Shown here one piece after another: positions 38,401 through 52,569 of a DNA stretch of 64,000 nucleotides (within the stretch, counting starts at the first letter, position 1; the number at the start of each line of letters is the position of its first letter). The notes beneath the pieces are model-generated. The model made no database searches and was not told the origin of the DNA. It saw only the letters and a list, made by a program, of their open reading frames with translations. A program made the translations under genes and the position numbers. The DNA comes from Bugula neritina (lineage: Eukaryota; Animalia; Bryozoa), in assembly GCA_964035545.1 (NCBI GenBank), contig OZ037770.1, positions 3,442,662 through 3,506,661 on the forward strand, given 5' to 3'.

Positions 38401-41400
38401 ACCTAAGAGCAAGAAGATATACTGCACTGAAAAGGTTGAAGCAATACAGACAAGGAAAGATAACTTACCAACTACGATCAATATTATGGCAACGATAACA
38501 GCTATGAGGATAAGCCACATCTGTGTGTGAAAAAGAAATAATAACAACAGTGTTACATTGCAGCAGGTACAAAATATGACAAGCAGGTGACAGCAGGTGG
38601 TTGTCAGGCTGCAGTCAGGCACTTGAGGGGAGTCTTTACGACACTATCAGTAAAGGGCAGATAATTCTCAAACCTTTACCAAATTAGAGATTTTAAACAG
38701 TTTTTATTTCAGTTCAATTGGTTAACTTTGTTTAAACAAAGCATTGGGTACCCTAGTTTCCCCCCCCCAAATGAGCTGACTGCGCCATTAGGAAAGACAA
38801 CCCCCTGCAATTTGCGATAATCTACAAATTAGTGCAGTGACTAGTTACAACAGGTGCACAATATTGAGATAGTGTTAAATAAATATATAAACTATAAGTG
38901 AAGAGAAGACAACTCTATATGTACACATATGTTGCCTTCTCTGTAGAAACACTCTACTTATATTACAAACAGATATACAACACCCTAGACTTACCACCAA
39001 CTACTACTAATACCAGAGTGATGACAACTCCTAGTATGATCATCATCTGGTAATCACAATGAATTAACATGGTTTATCATTAGACAAATGTATAAAAACA
39101 TAATATGGTAGATTCTCTTAACATCTTACACAACTATAATCATCTCTAGATTAACTTTACCTAATTTAGTACACACTGGAAATCTTCAGTGTTTAGCTAT
39201 TTTTTACAATTTAGCTGCTAATGAATACAACTAAATAATCATGGTTCTTCTTAATTTTGCTTGATTTCCCATGTTTTTCCTATTTATTTAGCTAATTTGA
39301 AATGCGGACCTTTACGAAATCAAAAGTAGCTGAATAATTAGGAAAAAACATGGGAAATCAAACAAAATTAAAAAGAACCTTGATTATTTAGGTGTATCTA
39401 TTGATATTTTACTAGTTTTGGACAAAATCCCATGTTCATTAGCAGCTAAATTGCAAAGAATAGCTAAAAATTGGATATTTCTAGTGTGTACTAAATTAAG
39501 TAAAATGACCCTTATATAAAAGAATGTAGTAAAATAGTGATTGATAGGGGAACACCAGCGTGATTATAGTTACATCAACTCAGCCTCTTATTGCAACTTT
39601 GAGTGCAACTTTTCAAAACTGTGTAAGTGTAAGCTTCAAGTGACTCATACCAAACTATCACGTTATTAGGTAAAAGGAAAACTGTGATAATTCTACCACA
39701 TGAGCAGCCATCTTGAAATAATTTCGAAAGACAATGATTTGCTAAAAAGCATTCAACAAAGTAACTATACATGTCACGCTATTCCACACACCAACAAAGT
39801 CTAATACATGTTATTATTCCACACACCTTGCAGTTCTTCCACCAGAACTTCCTCTTTAGTTTACCTGCGGCAGCCTCAAACTGAGATGCGCCAGCTTGCA
39901 GGTGATCTACAGAAAATATAAAGAGGCAATCAGCAGCAAAACAACAAGAACACAACTCAGCCCCAAGTCACCAGAGCATGTAGTTTATAACTGATGGTTT
40001 AGAATACAAAATTCATAAATGGAAATAATGGAATAAGACAATCAAACCGAATATGGTAAACACAGAAGATGGTAAAACCATTAGCAGTAAGCAAATGCCA
40101 CTAATTCTAAGCAAGGTGCAGTGATGGAGAAATTGGGATAAGCCCTTGTTTTGAAGAAATGTAGTAAAATATATCAAAATTAATAAACACAGTTAAGTAA
40201 CTCAAGTGAGGGAGTGCAGGAGGTACTTGTCACACATGTGACATTGCCAGCTGGAGCGAAACTCCAGGCACTGATTATAAATTTGCCAATAGCTTTACTG
40301 CCCCATTATAAATTATTTCATTCTGAATAATGAAATCAATTGATAAGAAAAAACGGAATTAAAAATACTGAAACTCAAAAAGCTGCTTACTAAACAGTGA
40401 CCACTACTACTGAAAAATTTGGGCATTTGACAAACAAACACTTCTCGCATGTGCTGAAACCAATCAGTAACTTCAGGCTGTTGAAATTTATCAGTTACTG
40501 ACACTTAGATGTGAAATCCAACACAACACTAATTATTTCATAGCGCAAAGCAGAATCATAAATCATAATTTAAGTGTGCAAGGCACTTGATTGGTCAATT
40601 ATGGAATGCAGCGCCTCCTACCTGCCCGCTGGTCAAGTTCTGACAACTTCTCATCTCTCTGGAGAACTTTGTCTACGTTCACTCTCATGATGTCAACCAC
40701 CTGGATATAAATCAGACACATGTTATACAGAGATGTGTGAGAGAATATTAACATGTTACATTTAGTAAATGTTCAGATATAAGTGTATAATGTAGATTAT
40801 GTCAATCAATGCACAGTCATTCACTGAATACTCTCTCTGACTAACCAAATAGTCACTATGACTCATCAAATAGTCACTATGACTCACCAAATAGTCACTC
40901 TGACTCATCAAATAGTCACTCTGACTAACCAAATAGTCACTCTGACTAACCAAATAGTCACTATGACTTACCAAATAGTCACCTTGACTCACCAAATAGT
41001 CACTATGACTCATCAAGTAATCACCCAGGTTTACTCAACAGTAAATATAAGTCGAATAAATTTCAACTTGCTTTTCATAAAGTATCAGCCATTGTGACTC
41101 ACCAAATAGTTACTATGGGCCACACGTTTAGCCCAAAAATTGGACGGAATTTTGGCTTATTACCATGTAATATTTAGCAAGCACACTTTTTATTTTAATT
41201 TACGATTTAACTTCTAGCGAGCTGAATTAGAACAGTTTTATATAGTTTGCATTTCCGCTTTTATAATATCCAAATCACTTTGCCGATGACATAGTTTTAA
41301 AAGTTTAGCGCTAACATCATTGGCTAATAAATTTTTGCACTCGCAACACACACGCTGTGTGTGGCAGGTCCCTAGCGAGTATTCTCGAACGTCACAATGT

Positions 41401-44400
41401 GTGGCTCTACACTAACTCAACAATCACTCTGACTCATCTAACTATTCACTTGTTTGAAAGAATTATTCACTGAAAGAAGTTAGTCACTCTAGGAAACACT
41501 GACTGGCTTGGAGCTCAAAGTTACTGGGCCATTGCTGACTCAGTTTAATTAACTATTTGGTCATGCTGACTGATTCACAATCAGCCTGCTTTCCTGACAT
41601 CGAACTATCACTAAGTGATCATAAGTTGTTAACTTTGGGGCCAGATATGCTGTCTTATCAACAAAAACTATAAATTCAAAGAAAAAACTTTTACTGGAGC
41701 AATGACTGGTTTTAAAAATTATTTTGAAGAAGCAAGTGCTTTTTGAAAAGCTAAGTTCAGACTTCATTTAAACTCCCCATTTGCTACTACCTAACCTCTG
41801 CTTATGCAGTGGTGGAGAAATTGAGATAGCCTAAGTTCGTAAATTTTATTATTGAGTGCTGGTTTGGGACTCCAGTAGAAATTATTTCGAGAACGTATAA
41901 CTTCTTTTGTTACAATTTTAATCTAGAACACAGGCTTTTCTCAATTTCTCCATTGCTGTTAATTTTGGGGCCAGATATGCTGTCTTATCAACAAAAACTA
42001 TAAATTCAAAGAAAAAACTTTTACTCAAGCAATGACTGGTTTTAAAAATTATGTTGAAGAGGCAAGTGCTTTTTGAATATGCGACTAAAGTTAAGACTTC
42101 ATCTAAACTCCCCATTTTCTGCTACCTAACCTCTACTTATGCAGTGGTGGAGAAATTGAGATAGCCTAAGTTCATAAATTTAATTGTTGAGTGTTGGTTT
42201 GGGACTCCAGAAGAAATTATTTCGAGAACATATAACTTCTCCTGTTACAATTTCAATCTAGAACACAGGCTTTTCTCAAATTCTCCATCGCTGCACCTAC
42301 CTCCTAACATCTACGAGCTGCTCTAAGCAGAGTAGGGGAAAAGAAGACAGGAGAAGCAACTCCACTAGGTAATAATGGAAATAAACATCATAGAGACATC
42401 AAAGATACACTGACCTCATTCACTTGTGCTTGAGTTTGCTGCAGTCTCTTGCCAGCTGCCTGCTGTTGCATGGCCTTGGGGTCAGGTTGGGGAGGTGGTA
42501 CTCCAGCCCTAATAACATGGATAAATAAATGCTAGAGACACACACTAAGCTGATAATTACTTCTAATTAGTATATGTTTGGAAGGAGTGTCAGCTAGATA
42601 ACAATGTAGACTCTAGAGTGAGAAAATATATAAACACAAAGTGTTTTAATAACTATACTGTAATTATTCTAGACATTTATCAATTATTGGAGTATCTACA
42701 CACTGTGAAAATACTTGATAAATCATTTTTATAGGTAAAAAATCTCACTTTGAAGTCATTTTTAAAACAACATAAAGATTCAAAGAAGAACACAACTTCT
42801 TTATAAAGCCACACTGCTATCATAAAGCCTGTCGAACTGCGAGATGGTGTGCATACATCTTTAGATCTCCGCATATGAATTTTAGCAAATACAGCTGATA
42901 TAATTGCAACAGTTATTACAATATAAATCCTACCAACACAGTTTCAAGTTAGAAAATGAAAAAAGATTAAAATTTACATTTTTCAGTGAAATTAATCACA
43001 AATCAATATAATCTTATGAAACCTAAACTACTGTAACTTGAATACAAATGTGGCAGTGAGGTGCAAGTAATGTATATAGGTATACTAGTGTACAGGTATA
43101 CTAGTATACCTGTACACTAGTATACAGGTATACTAGTGTACAGGTCTACAGGTATACTAGTGTACAGGTCTACAGGTATACTGGTGTACAGGTATACTGG
43201 TGTACAGGTATACTAGTGTACAGGTATACTAGTGTACAGGTATACAGGTATACAAGTATACTAATATACAGGTATACAAGTATACTAATATACAGGTATA
43301 CAGGTATACATGTATACAGGTACGTGTGTACGTGTATCAACTCAGCTGTGAAAGGTACAGTGGCATTACATCACTGGCTAATAACTCATCATCACAACAT
43401 ACTAGTTGCTTTCAACAGTTAGTTGTAGTTGAAAATAATAAAAGCATAATTGTGAGGCCAATAAATGAGAAAAAAGCCTTCAAGAAACACACATTAAAAG
43501 ATGGGCATGAAATGTCAGAGAAAAGTCATGTAAGCACTGAGTGACAAGACCACTGTTACTTATCATAGTAACCACTGTCCATTAACATTTATAGAATTTC
43601 AAATGGGAGCAGAAAGAAATATTGATTATCCCCATGGCAAGCCTTTCACAAGCCTTGTCACATTATTGATGTTCTCTACCCACTAATGATCTTCATACAG
43701 GCCTAGTAAGCATGAAACCTGCATTAGAATAGGTTATAGTAGTGAATAAACTTTCCACTGGATGAAAAGTTGTAACACATGTGCACAACCTATCAAATTT
43801 GGCAAAGGAAACTAAGATTCATAAGCTGCTAGTAGCAGGGCAGTAGCACTGTTGGAAAAACCCATACTTTATTAGAAAGCATTTCCTAGTTGACAAAAAT
43901 GTTTCAATTAATGAGAAGAAGGAATTGTGCTAGTTTTAAACAAAAATAAATGAATAGCTCTTGCTTGTTGTAAGCCATTTTTGAAAATGTGGAAACATAG
44001 AGCAAAGCAAATGAAATTCTGCCCAAGCCTACAAGAGTCTAACAAACACTGGATAGTCCTACTGTAGACTTAATACTAAGTGTTAGCGTGAGTTGTGAGT
44101 TGCAGTGATAAAATAAAACTATGAAATAAGCAAACACAACACTGAAACAAACCCATCTGCTCCTTGTCCTTGTTCTACATCAGCCCTGTGTCATACAAAA
44201 TATGAACCAATTAGCTGTTGTCATACAAAATATGAACCAATTAGCTATTTCCATACAAACTATGAACCAATTAGCTGGTTTCATACAAAATATGAACCAA
44301 TTAGCTGTTTCCATACAAAATCTGAACCAATTAGCTGATACCATACAAAAGATGAGCCAATTAGCTGTTGTTAAACAATCAACAGGATTAAACTGTAAAC

Positions 44401-47400
44401 TCAAGAAAAGATATGAAAATCAAATAATTTCCACCAGTTGAAATAAAATACACTTATTTCACTTTAGTTCCTAACTTTATGTTGATGATCAGATAGATAG
44501 TATTGTGCTTTACAATGATTGTCCACCCCGTCACTGACCGAGTAGTAACTGAGTGTGACTGGATTTCTTATATTAAAACCCAATTATAATATGACTGACC
44601 GCTCACAGTTGTTATAAGACTGATCAGCAAGTTCATTTATTAGTGAATAGGGTATTCTTAAGCATAAAGCATATGGGGATAAAAAAGCTTGAGGTGTAGG
44701 AACTAGGACTATGAGTCACACAGAGTTCTAGACTCATTTACACTATCAGTGAATTTTACTCTGTACTAGCTTATTAGCCGCATAGGTTCTCTTAGTTCAT
44801 ATGCATGGATGTTCAACCCAAATGCTATGCTAACTTGATTGTGAAAATGGGCATGTCTAAAAAATACTAGAGCTGAAATTTACCTATACCACCTGCTACC
44901 TGTACTAGCTTATTAGAAGTGAAGGTTCACATGCATGAACAGATGCTTTGCCAACTTGATAATGAAAATGGTAACGTATGACAATAACACCACACGTGAC
45001 ACTTTTATGCGCTACATTCTTTGTAGTGACAAATAATTCCCTTTTGACCATGATATGAAGAGGTTAAAAATGGAAAAGTCTTACAAATTGGAAAAGTACC
45101 AACAAAAGTAGTCTTGAAACTTGATACGGTTAAACAGCATTGACAGTTAAAAAGAAACTGAGCAAGACCTGAAACTTACTATGAGAAACCATTAAAAGCT
45201 CTAAGGCTAGCAATAGAGCCCTCATTATACTAAGATTGAATTAAATCCAGGTTTAAAAACTTGAAATCATTTAATCTACAGTATATGAAAGGTTTCATCA
45301 GCAGAAATGGAGCTCTAACCGGCTGGTAATTTAGAAGAGATGCAATGTAATGCAATATTGCGTAAAAGGCATATGCTGGTAGCCAGTTGGGTAGACATTT
45401 GAGTACATTAGACGGAAATTAGTAACATAACTGTTGGACGGGCAAAATCTTGGGCAACGTCTTGTGATAAAATTTCTCAAGTAAATTGCAATAAATTAAT
45501 TGCAAAACTAACTTATTTAGGAAATAAATAAGCCCTTATAGTTAGTTATACATGTTAGTAAAGCGCAACAAATGTATTAAAAATCCACCAGTTTCATTTT
45601 ACTGAATGACTGAAATATTTTGTAGAATGTCCTAATCAAGTACAAAAGAACAGCAGTGAGAGGTTACCATTAGTAATATTTGCCATTACCAATCAACTAG
45701 CACTCATAACTTTCTAGTCTGAAGCACGTAGAATGAGTGAGTCAATAAGAGTGAGTCATGAGTTTATAGAATTACTCCCTAATACCCTGCTCTTCAAGTT
45801 TACATGAGATATAGAATATCTTTGAAATAAATTAATTAGATATTATCCGAATTTTAATTAATAAAATTAACATCCTGAGTGAAATCTACTCATATGGTAA
45901 AATACTTTAGCCTGAAGAAGGATGCATGGTATAGAATACAACTCATTATTAATCCTGTTATAACATGTTTGCCACATTTTAATAATCTTGAAAGCAATAT
46001 ATGGAGTTTTAATCTGAAGTTAATATTGATACACAACAATTTGGTCTGCCTATTTACTACTCATAATATTAAAACTATATGTTAATAAAACAACCCCTAG
46101 CTGTTCTACTCATTCACAGTGACTACTAACTAAATAACATGGCATTGTGCCTCTGTTTATCTTTCATTACTATCTAACCATATCATACAACCTATTATAA
46201 TAATAACTTCTTAGTTACTGTCACTATCATATGACACTCATATTGACATAGTTAATGGTTGAACAGATACCAAACATGACTCATTATCATTTTACAAATG
46301 CAATATCATGACTTAAAACCACAAGGTAAGTTGAGTCACCTGTTGGTGTCAATTGTGATTTAATGAGTCACCAATTTTAGATTTTAATCTGAACTTAAAA
46401 ATTACAACTCACATTGCATTGCATTTTTACAACTCCAACCATGTGCAATAACAATAGTTGGTGCAATAGAATTTAACTAGCATAAATATGCTTCAAAGAC
46501 TCATTACTAAAATTATTATTTTATTAATTCGTAAAGAGTTACTTTTAAATCTGATTCTAAGTCACTATAAGCATCAAGACACATCTCAAACCACTACCTA
46601 GCACCAAGTCATAAATTCTAATCATATTTACTAAAATGCTTTGAGACAAAGTTAGTCTCAAGGTATCAAATATAGTAGTGGATGTATTATAAGTGATAAT
46701 GGAAGTAATGTTATGAAGCTCACTATTGTCATACTGATTTAGCTATCTTATCAATATTTAAAATTATTCCTGCGTTCCAAAACATTATTTTATAGTTGCA
46801 CTGAAATAAAAAGTCTAGCAATTTAAATGTTTACACATCATAAAAGGCTTATTATTTCATATTTGTTTATGATTTGTTAACTTGCCAATAACACATTTTA
46901 GTAGTTTATACTCATAACTCCTACAGCCCAATAACTAATGACTAAAATTTAATAAAACTAACAAATGAATTTGAATGACTTGCGTAAAATATCTTTGAAG
47001 TCAAATTAAGAATCAACTTGAGGGTTGAAAAGACATTACTCACACTTACTGATGCTTATTTAGTATTCAGTACTACCTCAATGTCACCAACTCTAATATT
47101 TTACAGCTCACTAGACTTACTTGTAAATTTATTCATGCTCATAGTAACTATGATAGCGTGAGCCTAACTAATGACTAGTTTCACAGTGAACTCAAACATT
47201 GACCACAGACCAGTAGGCTAATGAACAACTAAACACTAATTCACACTTACTAACTGAGAGTAGTTGTGTGCCTTAGAAACTAGTACGTCTGAGCTTGATG
47301 CTAAACCTAGTACTAGTAGCTCAAAAAACTATTACTATTAGTATCACTATTTATATTTATTTCTTATTTAGATGACTGGATTTAATATGCAACAGCATAT

Positions 47401-48151
47401 ATTTAATATGCAACAGCATATATAAATTACAGGGCTGCAACATAAAATTACAATATTCATAATGATAAAGACTAGAGCCAAACCTAACTTAAGCTTACAC
47501 TTAAAAAAGTAAGAACTCAAAACTATTACCGTTATATTTAATTTTATACCATGCAACTAATAATGAATAGTAATATAATTATAATATTAACAACATTAAG
47601 TATTTTAGCCTTAGGCATTATAAAATTTAAACAAACCACTTATACAAGTTTATAGTTAAACTTCTTACTATTAGTATTACTATAACTATTGGTATTACTT
47701 TAGTATAACTATAAGTACTACTAATACTAATAGTATCAGTATGACTATACTCGTTATCAGTACGAGTATCACATTCACTTTCAGTTTTACGTCACCAGCC
47801 ATCAATCATGACATGATCCTATGAGTATGACTATGAAGTATGAGGATAACCAAAATTTCAGCGTAAATGAAAAATTGAAATACTCATACTGACTTAGTTA
47901 AGCTAATACTACTAGTACTAGTAAAATTCAGAAAAAAATTAATAGTAACTCACTAATTCAAAATAAACACTTTAACAAGTTCAAGTCGAAGTTCAAGTTG
48001 AAGTTCCAAATGGGAGTTCAAGTTGCAATTGCCAATGGCATCCGCATTGCCATTGGACTTAAATTTCATGAATAGTAATTAGTTTTAATTTAAAAGCTAT
48101 GTTTTAAACAATATAAGACTAAGTAGGCAATAACATATGTGAAACTTACAT
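32405..48151 (-). CDS. VAMP: Synaptobrevin / VAMP (R-SNARE) with alternative TM exons and a luminal C-terminal tail
   Basis: Exons 48151-48150 (AT of ATG), [44185-44153], 42508-42415, 40700-40622, 39906-39827, then 39046-38995 OR 38520-38469, then 35720-35705, 34806-34798, 33879(or 33900)-33804, 32449-32405. Core [64 protein letters not shown] is unmistakable; the tail exons are less certain. Confidence 0.9.
33152..33792. repeat. 48-bp minisatellite, ~13 copies
   Basis: Unit GTGACTAGAGGTAACCCAGCAGCTAATAGGGGAATTACAGTAGTTACT. Confidence 0.95.
35800..35958. repeat. (TAGTA/TAGTG)n microsatellite
   Basis: Direct reading. Confidence 0.85.
37393..38203. repeat. 30-bp minisatellite, ~27 copies
   Basis: Unit ACTATAACTGTTAGTGACTGTCTATACAAG. 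Confidence 0.95.
40834..41016. repeat. 21-bp minisatellite
   Basis: Unit GACTCACCAAATAGTCACTAT and variants, ~8 copies. Confidence 0.9.
41628..42292. repeat. ~330-bp tandem duplication
   Basis: GTTAA(C/T)TTTGGGGCCAGATATGCTGTC begins at ~41628 and again at ~41958. Confidence 0.9.
43074..43323. repeat. 8/16-bp minisatellite (TACAGGTATACTAGTG)
   Basis: Direct reading. Confidence 0.85.
44189..44370. repeat. 30-bp minisatellite, 6 copies
   Basis: Unit CATACAAAATATGAACCAATTAGCTGTTTC. Confidence 0.9.
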
Positions 48152-49605
48152 GTTTTTGCTCTAGATTGCACGTATCAGCATTAATTTTATAACAATATGT
48201 TGATAAAAATTGTTTGAGCAGCAGAAGTCGAGAATGGTAGCAAAATAAAATAGTTCATCAATAAATTATAGTCCAAGACTACAACACTAAGCTGATAACG
48301 CAGACTGAATAATATGTGAGAAAGAATTACCGGTTGCATTTCTAAAAATATCTAGGACTAACATGTGACCATGACATTATTACTTCCGATTTAACGTTGC
48401 AAGACTGAGTTCGCAATTACTCATTTACTGCAAACTTAATAATAATTCAGAATAATAATATATCAAAAATTGGAAAAAAAAACTTAATGGCAAGCCCATA
48501 ATCTTTTTCAACGTGAGTTTCAACGTCTATAATGGTAAGCTCAGACAAAATAATTGACAATTAACCAAATGCTTAGACGAGCCAATAGTAATACTTATAC
48601 TATTACTTGTGAATTATTTTTATTCATTCATATTGAATTTGATATTCATATTGATATAATTTATATTTAATTTTATTCATTATCATTGTGATTATGATTA
48701 CGATTATTGTCACTTTGACTATCAGTATCACTATGAGTTTAACTTTACGTGTTTAAGACTTAGGTTGAGTTTAACTTTAAGTTCAACTTTTACGTTTATA
48801 TCAATATGAATATGTTTTTCAGCATGAGTATCACTATCATCATGGCTATGACATTGAGTTTGACTATTGTCATTGTGACAGTCGTGCTCACACATTACTC
48901 ATAGTCATTAGACTAAGACTTAGAGTTAATCATTGTCATTTTCTTTTGATTTTGAGAACTTAGAGTTAGTAACCCACTTAGTTTATATTTTATAATCAAT
49001 ATCATTATTAATATTATCATAGTGATAGTAATAGTCATATTCGTAGAGTTGCCCGATTCATAATCAATATATCATATTCATATGGGTCATTTTACTTAAT
49101 TTAGTACACACTGGAAATTTCTAGTTTTTGGCTATTTTTCACAATTTAGCTGCTAATAAACAAGGGTTTTTGCCCAAAACTAATTAAATGTCAATCAACA
49201 CACATAAATAATCGAGGTTCTTTTTAATTTTGATTGATTTTCCATGTTTTTTCCTAATTATTCAGCTACTTTTGATTGCAGACTGTTACGAAAAAACCTT
49301 GTAAATATATTATTGTAAAGATATGAAAATCATGGTGCAAGGCCTGGTGGCTCCTTGAAAATACCAAATAAATTTTGAGCTTTTAACAAGAAAAGTTATG
49401 CCTTTTTTGATTAAAAATGAAAGGCTTTGTTATTTAATCATATTAAGTCTCTGGTACACAATATGCTATACTCAGTAGTATTCCTAATTTATATATATAT
49501 CTTTCTATATATGTATGTCTATGTATCTATATATGTATTTCCATATACCTTTTTAATTACCCATATGTTTTAGTTTGATATCGGCTCTTTCACAAATCAG
49601 TAACC

Positions 49606-50619
49606 ATGGGAAAGCGAGAGGGGCAAAGACATTATGATGTCCGGGATGAGTACAGGAAGAAAATAGGTAACTGCTTCTACACTATGAATTATTCATGCTG
49701 CATATAAATAGTGTAGTGCATAATACCCAACACTTATTCAATGCCAACAAGAAAATAAACTCCACTTCAATGTAAATTATAAATTAAAATAAAATTTCTT
49801 TCATCAGTTACCTAATTTCTGCTTAGCTGCTAAATTCTTTTGAAATTTAGATTGTTTTCAAAACAGCAATGTATATAGTTTTAGCTTGGTGGAGTTTTAT
49901 TTAAAATTAGCTGTCAGTTGGTTGGTATTACTCTCAGCTATTATTGACACTGCCGAGTCATGTTCATTCTAGATCAAATATGAATTATCTTAAAACTCAT
50001 GCTATATGTCTTCGTGGACTGAGGCTATATTTAATACATAAATTTATCATCATCCATCATATTTGTTGCCAATACGTTTGCTAACTGTTATTTAGGTAAA
50101 CAAGACTATCTCAAGTCAAAGTCCAGTCTGAAGAAAGCCAAACAAATTGAAGAGTTGAAGAGATCAAGCACGCATTACCAGGTCTGTGTTATATTTGATT
50201 AGACATCAAGTTATTGAGTTACAGCCTCTGGCCCAAGTTTAGCCTAATCATTATCAACTCATGTGGGTTTATAGTCGCCATCCTTGTGAGAAACTCCTTC
50301 CTAAAGGCTAAAAACTTATTATTCATTTGTGGCGAATGACTAAGTTTGCTAAGGGGTTTTACTGGGATGTGAACCACAAAGCCAAGCCATCACTCTAACC
50401 CCTAGACCACTGTTACCCTCCTCTCCCCCCCCCCCCCCCAATATAGTGCTCATGAAATCTCATTGGCACTCTTGGTTGTGCCTAATTTGTTTAATTGTTT
50501 TCTTTGTGACCTGACACTGTTTGTGCGTATTGTTGTAGGATATGATGATGGTAATAGGGACAGTGGCTATGGTGGTTGCAGGAATTTACGCTCTGTTTTA
50601 CTCCATCAGCAAGACATAG
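49606..50619 (+). CDS. TRIQK: Triple QxxK/R motif-containing protein, 75 aa, C-terminal TM helix
   Basis: Exons 49606-49666, 50096-50181, 50539-50619 give MGKREGQRHYDVRDEYRKKIGKQDYLKSKSSLKKAKQIEELKRSSTHYQDMMMVIGTVAMVVAGIYALFYSISKT. YRKxIGKQDY and YAxFY match TRIQK as I recall it. Confidence 0.88.
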
Positions 50620-52569
50620 TGTAGATCAACACATTGTTGTAACTTTCTCATTAGAGCTCAATGTGGATCTCAATTTGCCTAATTATAGTAATCAGTAGAA
50701 GTCATTGTGTAGTATTGGCTGACCTCATATTATGTATTCTACGTCATACCATTAAGTAGAGCTTCGGGTCAAAGGTTACGTTACTTTAAATTTGACAATC
50801 ATTTTATTGTGAACTCCATTGCATGTAGAGTTCTCCCTGTATTCAGAAAGACATGCGAGTGACAAGATGTAAATCTTGTAACTTTTTCTTGTCATTCTTT
50901 GTAATCAGTTTAAACTAACACCAAGTCTACAATCGCAAAACGTTTGAGTTGCGAAGCAATTTAAACAACTTCAACACACAATACATATTATGAAGCCTTG
51001 CTACATAAAACATTTTTATTTTAATATATCTTGTAAATTATTAGTTTTTTATTTTGATGGCTTGTGAGTTGTAGTAGTGCATTGTGCTCATTATCTTGTG
51101 GCCTCAGCATAGCATCACAATATTTGTTGTTTATCTTTCAAATTGTCTTTTTTTTCCTCAATGATTCGTCCAAAATACAAACAACATTTCAGTGGTTGCT
51201 TTAAAATGTTACAGGCTGAATTTATAGTTTTATAGAAATATTATGCAAGATTACTTTTTGAAAACTGTTGATTGAACAAATAAATTAATATAATATAGTA
51301 ATTTGTCTTTCGGCTTTTATTTGCTGGCTTTTTGATATATTCAAGTGTTTTAAAATCCCTGACATATATTATAGCAGCTCTTAGAATTGCCTGCAGCACT
51401 CACTGCAGTGGTTAGTTGTATTGCTCATGATGTAGATCTGTATTATAATAGTCTGGCAGAACTGGGGGTTAGGTTCGCAATCTCTGATAAAGTTTTTTTC
51501 TCTTTTGATAATTTATCTTGAAGGTCCAGGTAAATGTTTCCAGGTGGGTGTGGACCTGCCACCCTTGAGCATTTCGAGAAATCCAAGATGGCCGCCCATT
51601 ATAAAAAAACCGTAATATAATAGGCATAAAGTCTATATTATGTTGCAAAAACAAACTTTTTTTGATGATTCAAATAGATGTTCATTTTTAGAATGAATAT
51701 GTGCCATGCCAGTGCAAAATTTATCAAAGCAAAAAGCTAAGAGACATGTTGCTCAGCTCAAAAATTGGAATTGCTTCAATAAAACATCACATATGGTGCA
51801 GGGAAATGATACAGGCTTTTTGAATAATTGTTTAGACAGATATAAAAAAAAAATTGCTTATTGCCAGCGAATAGAAAGGGAAAAAATGCAGAGGCATATT
51901 GCTCAGCTAAAGTTAAAATGGAACATATATATAAGCATACAGATGTGACGAATTTTTGCTCATGTTCATATTAAACACCTTTCTCATTTTTTCTATCATT
52001 AGCATTTGTTAGAAATGTTAGTTCATTGCAGCGCACCCTGTTACTGCTTCACAAGGACAGAACTCTGTGCATGGGATAGATGTACTAGAACAGCCATATC
52101 TCGTTGTTTTGCATGATTGTTAGCTTCTACAGGAGCATTTAATGAAATTGGGCCATTTTACTTTATTTAGCACACATCAGCAGATTACGATCAAACATTT
52201 TAATATTTGCTCAAAATTTATGAAAACTTACTAAATAAAGTAATAGAATTTGCTGATTCTAACTTTGCATAGCAAAAAAACTGGGAAGAGATCTTGCAAC
52301 ATTTAAACGCGGTGTCATAAGTCATACGAGCTAAATATATATTTGTGAACCATCATGATTCATATAATATTTCAATATACTAATAAATTAGGAAAAAACA
52401 TAGAAAATCATGCATAATTGAAAAAGCTTTAATTATTCAGTTTTATTTGTCAAAATTTTGATAGCTTAAGACAAAAATCTATACACAATAACAGCTAAAT
52501 CGTAAGAAATCGCCAAAACTAGAGTCATCGAGTGTACACCAAATTAGGTAAAATGATCCATGTACTTCA

